From Cyanophora paradoxa CCMP329 (lineage: Eukaryota; Plantae; Glaucophyta): a DNA stretch of 64,000 nucleotides. Location of the stretch: NCBI GenBank assembly GCA_004431415.1, contig QPMI01000565.1, forward strand, positions 3,269-67,268, given 5' to 3'. Both the position numbers and the translations under genes were made by a program. A model generated the notes under the pieces. That model did not search any database. It saw nothing but the letters and a program-made list of their open reading frames with translations, and had not been told where the DNA came from. This document shows, piece after piece, positions 56,046-64,000 of the stretch; position 1 is the first letter of the stretch; each line of letters begins with the position of its first letter.

Positions 56046-57430
56046 CTAGCTAGTTTTGGTCCTTTCTCTTAGTGTTCTCTGAGGTTTAGGGCTGTATATG
56101 ACTCCTTAGTAGTCTGAAAGTCATTATACCATCTCTGGCTATTAACCTCAGAAAGTTTCTGTGTCCCTGCTATAGTGAGCTTTTTGAGTTCCCTGTTAAC
56201 TTTCCCAGCCTTCTCCTTTCTAGCCTCTATCAAAGGCTTATCTGGGACTTCATTAGCAGCTTCTATGCCTTCTCTCCTTATAGCAGCATCAGCCCTGGCT
56301 TCCTCTTTAGCTTGCTCCAAGGCATCCACTGTAGGTGTTTCCAGATACTCAACTGAATTCACAGGTAACAGCTCATGGAAAGCAAACCTGTTTTCTATGA
56401 TCTCACCAGTGGGACTCCTTAGCTTAAACTTAAAGCCTTCCCTACTATCAACAGTGTAAACCATCCTAGACCAATTGTTACCCTGTTTAGCAAAGGCATT
56501 TTTCTCAACTTTCACTCTAACAAACATGCCTGGCTGCATGGTATCAAGGTAAGCTATTGATTTCTTGAATCTTTCATCTTCTAATCCCACTATATACCTA
56601 TAATGCTCCTCTGTAGTTTCGCCTGGCTTCATCTTAGTAGCTGAGTGAACTGTATTATTGTAATTATACTCAATATCACCTAACACATCAAAGAATCTAG
56701 CTGTGTTATTAGCTATGCAGTAGTTTGTGATCAGTCTCTTAATCTGCTTGTTAAAGGCTTCAATTCGACCTTGGCTTCTATGGTCAGCAGTTCCACTCAC
56801 TTGGTGTTCTATGAATTTACTAGATAAATACTCCTGGAATATTCGATTTTGGAACTCACTCCCAGCATCTGATTGAACTTTTACTATGGGTCTTGCCACT
56901 CTCATTTCAAGCTGCTTAAATGCAGCTAATGTAGTGAGAGCTGATTTATCTCTTATAGGTATGATATATCCAGTTCTCAGTGTTGATTCCATAGCAGTCA
57001 TAAAGGTATCATAGCCATTGTTTTGTTTCTTATAAGCTGGGAAAAAGAGCAAATCAATCACATAGGTATCAAGGGGTTGCCTTATTGGAACCATGGGATC
57101 TCTCTTCCTAGATATAGCAGGTGCATTGATCTGAACTACCTCTTGTTTTTTATAGAACTCTTGCAACTGCTTATAGGATTCATCTGGTAACTCAGCCCTC
57201 ATAGCTTGAAGCCCTTTGTAACCAGTCCTCACATCATAGAATCTCTTGGCAATCTTGCTAGTTTCTTTCACTGCAATAGCAACTGGGATCTCCACAGGGA
57301 CAAGCTCTTTCATCTCTGATTTTTTGACAATTCGAGATTCCCCTTTTTCCTCCTTTGGAACTGTGATAGGCAGTAGGTTACCTTGTAGTTGCTCAGTGGT
57401 TCTCCTAACTATTCTTCCAGTTGCTGGCAT
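56046..57430 (-). CDS. rve DDE integrase (near-intact)
   Basis: YVIDLL, QSDAGSEF and IEAFNKQIK provide the D, D and E residues. Confidence 0.95.
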
Positions 57431-57433
57431 CTC

Positions 57434-60400
57434 TTAATTAAAAGGAACAGAATTAATACCATCTGGTAAGATGTATCTCTTTGCATCAAAGCAGTTAGGG
57501 CAACCCTTCTACTCACGGTATCTATTATTGTGTGATCTGCCCTTCTCTTCTGCTTTGCAGTCACAGTCTTGCTGATACCTGCAAATAAACACTGCTTAAA
57601 ATCATTAAATTGGAGTTCCTCAGTGGAAGTCCCAGAGAGCTTACTCCTCTCAATCTCAGCAGTTCTGAAACTGTAAACTTTTGCTCTCAGACCTACATAC
57701 TCCAATATTGCAGAGCCAGGCATTTCATTTTTGTATTTACCTGGGTCATTCTGTTAGATCCCCCTAGGTCCAAGGCATAAGATATATTCTCTATATCTTT
57801 TTGTAAGGTCTTAGATTCAATATATAGACAGAAGGAGTCAGTATCATGGAATAGTAACTTGCTTTTGTCCATTGGGACCTTACAGTATCATAGAAGAACT
57901 GGTAATTATGCAGTTTGGCTGCATCCAAAACATAAGCCCCAATTGCAACAGGCTTATCTAGTTTCACATGCTTTGTGTAAAACTCAAAGGCAACTGCTTT
58001 TTCGTTTATGGGACTTGTTGATTTCACCAATGGGGAAGCTGCATATTTCATAAACAGTTTCTCACTGTTTGCAATCTTAACCACAGATCTACCTCTGCAA
58101 GATTCAATGCATTTCCCATAGATTGAGTTATTCATGAGTTATAGAAATCAGCCTCGAATTTATTCACTGCTTTCCTTCTCATCTCAGTATTCAGCTCAAT
58201 GTAGGGTTTCATTACAGGAGCCACAGTAAATGAGAGGACCCTGTGAATTTTCTTTAATTTCACACCTTTGTCCAACAGATATTGCAGAAGAGGCTCAGAA
58301 ATCACATAGTTTGCCACAGAACCAAAGGTTGCAGTTAGCTTAGGGGTCTTATCAAGCTCTTCTCCTGAAAGATCCAACAGGCTCTTTTGATATTGTGATA
58401 ATTCCGCATATTCTACTATTTCTTGTTAATAATTAGGGGAAATCACTGTGGTCTAGATATAGCCTTATTGGGTATTCCAGATCAACTTCCAGGAAACTGG
58501 ATCTGTTATCTTGTGGGTTGAATTCGGTCTCCCATCTAAAATCACCAACTGGAATTGGCTGACTCAAACAGTAGCCATACAAGTTGTTAGCATCAAACAG
58601 CATAATGTGGGAGTTCTCACCATCAGCCTCAGCATACCTACAAGGCATTGTTGCAAAGCCACCCCTGATTCCCCTCTCAACAAATTCGTATTGCTCTACA
58701 TCACTTATAAGCTCTATTTTTGCCTCGGTGGTCCTAAGCATAGCATCCAAGATAACCCAGGTGCAGATACATAATGAACTGGTCAAGTCCATATACTGAG
58801 TGTGAAAGCCTTCTGAAGGCTTGGAATTTGTTCATTAACTCATCTACATCAGCAGCTCCAAAATCCATGAAATTGCTTGCATCAATGAACTTGTAAAGAC
58901 CCCATTGCAATGAAAGGTATTGATCAAAGTTTTCGAAAGGATTTCGATTCGCTTTTATCACCCATGCCTGCTATTTTTCTGAAAATGAATGTCCCACAGT
59001 CATCCATTTGGTCAACAACTACTGCAACTTTGGTTTGCTTTGAGATTCTCCTATGGAGATTGCAGTTTCTGCATGCAGGAGCAATATAATGACCTGTGTG
59101 GTGATCATGATCCCTGCATTTGAAGTTCTCCTTAGTGAACCTCTCACTGCAAAGGTAACAGTGTTTGGTAGCTCTGTAAATTGCTTTCTGCTCATCTGTG
59201 AGTTCATTCATAGGAATGTTGGTAAACAGGAAATCGATTAGTTCTCTTGCTTTGGACTCCAAGCATTCAAAGAGACCTCCCATTGGATCCTGACCCTCAA
59301 ATCGAAACTCCTGAACATCTGCCCAGTGACTACTCTCAGGTTGACTGCTGAGACTTCCCTCTTAGATTTTGATGCATCAATGGGGATGCTTCTATGTTCA
59401 ATCTTGCAGTAAACCACAACAGGAAGCCAAACAGTTTTCCTGAGGTTTTTCAGTCCAAACTCTATGGTGGTCTCAGGTTTTGGTGTGATTCCCTTTGAGA
59501 GTCTCCAATCAATGCATCTATTTGAGTCCACATGAGCAGTGAGTTTAGCCTCAGACCTGAATCGAGATAAGCATGTGTCACAGTAGTGTAACTTCTGATC
59601 ATTGTATGTTTCATGGTTTACTTTCAATAATCTTGAAAGGGACATGATTGTAATATAATGACCATTCCCTTCATCATCAAATATCAGCATGAGATTAACC
59701 TTATGCTTTCTGCCTGGGTAACTGGATTGATGCAGGGGATAAACAACCTCTCCATCGATTCCGAATATATTAATGCTAATGCCTGCATTTTGAGCCTCGA
59801 ATTTATCAATTATTTCAGCATCACAGGCAACAGGGAATGGGATATTGTCGAAATTGAGAGCCAGCGGATTATAAGCGATTGCTGAGTATTTCCATTTGCG
59901 ATATTGTAAAAGCTCATTCCTCTTATGGGAGTTAATAGATTTTCTGTAAATCGAGGCTAAAATCGCATTTTCGAAGCAGGAATCATCTATATTTCGAATA
60001 TTCACTGTGGCTCTCTTCCTAGCAATCCACTCTGGGGTTTGTAGAAAGCATCCACAGTTGGAGCATAACTCATAATAGCCACTCTGAGTATTTCAATTCT
60101 TTCTAAGCGATAGCTATCAACCACATTCATCTGCTCCTGACACATTTGGGCTGCTTTATTCAGCTCAGTTCGAATATTTCTCGACCTGGTTAATACAAAG
60201 TAATCACTGTAAATGTATTTCGATATCCAAACCTGTGGATTGCTCACTTTAACGAACTTGCAGATAAAAGACAAGCGAACCTTGATTGCCCTGAATTGAT
60301 CTAAACCCTGCTTTAATCGATTTGGAAGGGATGTAGCAATTCTATCCAGGAATTCAATCACATCTACAACAACTTCCCTTCTGGCTCTGTATGTGAGCCA

Positions 60401-60665
60401 GCGATATAATTCATTCATGGCTGTTCCATCTTCTGCCTCTGGTTCTATTTGCCTAAGCCTATCCAGTTCATCCAAGGTTTCAATTTTATCATATAGGTTA
60501 TTTGCTTTTCTGGTTAATCTGCTTAAAGTGGTCTGCCCCTTGCAATTAAATCTATTTCCCGGTCATATTCAGCCTCTGTTATTTCATGGGCTGCATATAG
60601 TGTTCCCAGCAATCCCATGAGTTCCCATTTCTTCTCCCTTATGAGTTTGTTGGTAATTCGGGCAT
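57434..60665 (-). CDS. polB: Protein-primed PolB (split by indels)
   Basis: Fragments match 12551-15788; GIRGG, FDANNLYG, MNNSIYGK. Confidence 0.9.
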
Positions 60666-60734
60666 TATTCCTAACTTGTTCCTATTCTAAGGGATATTTT
60701 ATTTTAGGATGTTCTAAACGCAATTTAAAATGTT

Positions 60735-61071
60735 TTAATGGATCCATTGCTTCCTCTGAATGAAATCGCAAAAACTATTAATCCTAAATCGAGATTTCGG
60801 TTTTTGTAGATTGACTATCCAAGGTTCAAAGAGATACATGTAATATGCTTCTCTGTTCATAAGGTCTTCATGCCCACCCTTCTTAGTTGAATAAAGGACT
60901 GAAAACCTCACATCAGAAGCCTTGCATAGGTCTGCTGTAGATGGCATTTGACCTGATTTGTGTTGTCTCCATCTTTTTTGTAGTGGCTGTGAGGTTCTCC
61001 CTATATAACTTTATTCAATTCTTCACTCTCAATCATATAGATCGATCCAGAATCATGATCTGTTCAGCCAT
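60735..61071 (-). pseudogene. GIY-YIG endonuclease, indel-rich copy
   Basis: Homologous to 12140-12490. Confidence 0.75.
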
Positions 61072-61121
61072 TTCTTACTACTTACATATAAATATATTTT
61101 TCTATCTCTTAAATCTTTTTT

Positions 61122-61307
61122 GGTTGACTTAGTGGGTGGATTGAGCACTTTTTATTTCTTTTTAGGCAGAGTCCTTTTTTAGAATCTGTGAAAAAATGAG
61201 TCAACTCCCCCCACTTAGTCAACCTAATCGATAAATAAACCATAAATAAAGACTGTTTGGTCTTTTATGATAAATTTGAGTCACCATGAGTCCACTTTTG
61301 AGTAAAC
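61122..61307. repeat. Type-1 iteron cluster after primase-helicase in D
   Basis: Reverse complement of 11897-12088. Confidence 0.75.
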
Positions 61308-63849
61308 CTAAACTTCAACATCAGATCATAATCTGATGCATCAGGATCAGCAGCAGTAGGTCCTGTTTCATCTTGGATTAGCTTCTTCCTCAATAGTCTC
61401 ATCATCTACAAGCTTCATCTTTCTGAATTCCTCAATACTTGTGGGAATAGGAAATGATAGTATTGTTGCCATTTGTAGTTTTCACTTGGATATATGTAAC
61501 ACTTCTCATTTCAGTATAATATCGGCGACTATATAATCGTTTTATATTTATTGCTGGTAATAAACTCCTGGAACCACTTCCAGGTTTCCACAAAGGCTAC
61601 CAGACTTGCATTATTCTCGGAAATTAAGCCTCGATCCACAAGCCACTTAGTGACATAAGAATGATTGGAGCGCACACCTGTTGGGCTAAATAGTATTTAT
61701 TTGTAGGGGTCTATCAGCAATCCAGTTCACATCCTCACAGTCACTTTGGTTCTCAAATAGTGGGCAAGTTTCGAATATTGCAGTGATCATTTAGCCATTT
61801 ACAAGTGGAAGAAGTTAGACCTATCCTTTGCGAATTTCTACTAACTTCAACAACCACAAATCGCCTATCTCCAGCTTTCAATTTTCACTGGGAATGTTTC
61901 TTATGCTGGTGAATATAATCCTGGCAAAGTTGCTTTTTGTTATGAATCTATCCCTTGTGTTCAATTCAATCTTATCAGAAGTTATGAGATCTTTGAGCAT
62001 ATCATTATTTTCGAATGTGTCCTTGCCTGAGGCTTCATTCACAACAATCAAGATCTTATCCTCTCTATTGTGGGCAAATCGACCAAACAATCCTCTTTTG
62101 GCTTTCCAGTTGCATAACTTAGGCATCTCCAAAGTATCTTCTTTTGGAAAGTATCAACCAACACATTTTTACCAGTTCCCTGCTCACCAATGAAGATTAA
62201 GATACTCCATTGAGTTCCCCAGGCTTTTGCAGCATGTGGGCAACCATTTCAACAGATATCATAGGTATTTTGATCCTCACCAGACATTAAGAACAATGAT
62301 CTAGAAAGCTAATCATCTCAGCAGTTACATCCTCTGGAGCATTTCGAATTGCTGATGGTCGACCTTCATTCCTGGATAGAGATTAAATACAGACTTGCAT
62401 TTGCACTGAGAGAAGCAGGAGGGGAAGGAAATCCATGTAAGTTGATCTTGTGGCTGTGGATCCACAATCCATTTCTAAATGATTGCTCCCATTTCTCTTT
62501 CTCATTATCTGTTCCCTCATTGACAATCACCTTATGCATCAAATGGGGGAATGCTTTGTAGAGAGCTTCCCAATATCTTTGGGATCCAGCAAAGTAGTTG
62601 TTCATCCCAGAGCATCAACAACCACATTTTCACATGATGCATTCGAGCATTGAAATACCTCTTATGCACATTGTAATGTTCAGCCAAAGGAGGGATACTT
62701 GCAGTCTTGTATCGATTTCATCTGTGTCCTCTGGTAGGAATGCATACTTTTTGGGAAGAGTTCCTTGAAAAGCTCATGTTTATCTTTGCTCAACAATAAA
62801 CCAAGATTTGAAAGTCAACACTTTGCCAGGCTCAGCCTTCTTCTGCTTCTGCGAAGCTGTGTAAACTTCTCCTGGCATTCATCATAATATACTTGTCACT
62901 CTGTTCTGAGAATTGGTGGAAGAGTTCAGCTTGCATTTAGGTGAACTTGTTGTCTTCCCCAACATTGATGATGACCAGTCCTACATCAATCCAAGTTTTA
63001 TACTCATTAGCTCTCTCACCATTTAGACCCATTATAACACTTTGTAGCAGTTCGAAAGTAACAGGATTTCGGGTTCAGTGTCTTTTCAGCTTCTACCTTC
63101 TCAGTCTTCACTTTATCACTTTTGGCTCCTTTTTAACTGGTTTTGGCTCAGGGCTATAATTGCGAATGCAGAAATATTCGATTCATCCACAAGTTTAGTA
63201 GAAGCTGAGAAGAAAGATACAAAGAAGTCCTCATTTCGCATTAACACTTTGTCACAGTCAACGAATTTCTTAAAGCAAACGTTTTTATCAACATCTTTCT
63301 TTGATTTATTTTGAGCATCCGAGAGTCTCACCTTTGCAGCAATTGAGGCAGATAAGGTTCTGTGTGGAGCTGTAAACTCCACTGTCATAATCCTCATTTT
63401 TCACCAATCCCATAGCTTTGAAAAGCTTGGGATATCTTCATGTTTGCATGCAAGCGATTTAATGATAAAGTGGGCTGAGATCTTGACTTAATACCATCCT
63501 CCTTGATCAAATGGACCTTTCTATGGCGAACTGCAACAGCAATATCGTTAATTGAAGTGGTCCCAGATCGCTTCCATAACTTATCTCTCATCTCTCTTAC
63601 AACAGTTTCCGCCTCAGCATATTATCAGCAATGTCTCCTTCAAATCAGCGAATCTATCCAGGTCCAGGTAAACTCTGTGACTTGTTCAGGCTGAATGCAT
63701 TCAGCCCAGGTCTTAACCTTGCTATATCAATGCTTCAAGGGCATCTTCAGCAGAATCAAATACATGGTGACCTTGTTGCGATCACCAATGAGAGTACTAA
63801 GGAATGTAGCATTTTCAACAGGGGTGGCGAATTTCTCGATTTTTTTCAT
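61308..63849 (-). pseudogene. AEP/PriCT-2/SF3 primase-helicase, indel-rich copy (likely low-quality consensus)
   Basis: Homologous to 9310-11896 with many single-base deletions. Confidence 0.8.
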
Positions 63850-64000
63850 TTTCGATTTTGGGGACTTCTACTTTAACAAAGAAAATAATTTCGGAAGGAG
63901 GAATTGTCTTTATATATATATCCTATTATTTGCCAAGTCCTTAAGTAGTTTTGGTCGGATACTGTCTCGATATATAGGTACAGTTTTAAAAAAGAGGGAA

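Larger units (their letters stand above)
54325..64000 (-). mobile_element. Endogenous Polinton-like virus, element D (inverted sister of A; continues beyond window)
   Basis: Reverse complement of about 9157-18712 with synonymous substitutions and an extra ~185 bp at 55848-56036. Confidence 0.9.

Noticed and set aside
54325-64000. D as an assembly duplicate of A, or A/D as giant inverted repeats of one element
   Set aside because: There are many synonymous substitutions and a 185-bp indel. The termini face inward with different flanks, so the DNA between them is outside both elements.
60700-64000. Accelerated decay of element D
   Set aside because: A rising density of single-base deletions without matching substitutions looks like low-coverage consensus rather than biology.

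Overview
This window looks like eukaryotic DNA made almost entirely of integrated Polinton-like viruses (PLVs). I read five nested or abutting units. (A) 1-18712: AT-rich element, left end outside the window. It carries patatin lipase, two penton-like genes, a double-jelly-roll major capsid protein (MCP), a freestanding endonuclease, a packaging ATPase, an AEP/PriCT-2/SF3 primase-helicase, GIY-YIG, protein-primed PolB (pPolB) and an rve integrase, and ends in a 28-bp fold-back hairpin. (B) 18713-~30831: GC-rich relative whose large structural gene is interrupted by A. It has spike/FN3/HNH genes and three (GGGACTT)n arrays. (C) ~30832-54038: near-identical virion module to A (inverted) but a different Prim-Pol/D5 primase-helicase, plus a fibre/spike array and an S-adenosylmethionine decarboxylase-family gene. 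(L) 50456-53814: young non-autonomous LTR retroelement inside the loop of C's terminal hairpin. (D) 54325-64000: independent inverted sister copy of A's replication/integration half. The most notable structure: each helicase type is paired with its own inverted iteron motif, found both right after the gene and near the genome end; the terminal hairpin arms covary between elements; the pPolB appears to lack proofreading; and a tRNA-Gln-like Pol III cassette sits in the terminal region. Most frameshifts look like long-read homopolymer errors. All assignments come from motif recognition by eye; no searches were run.
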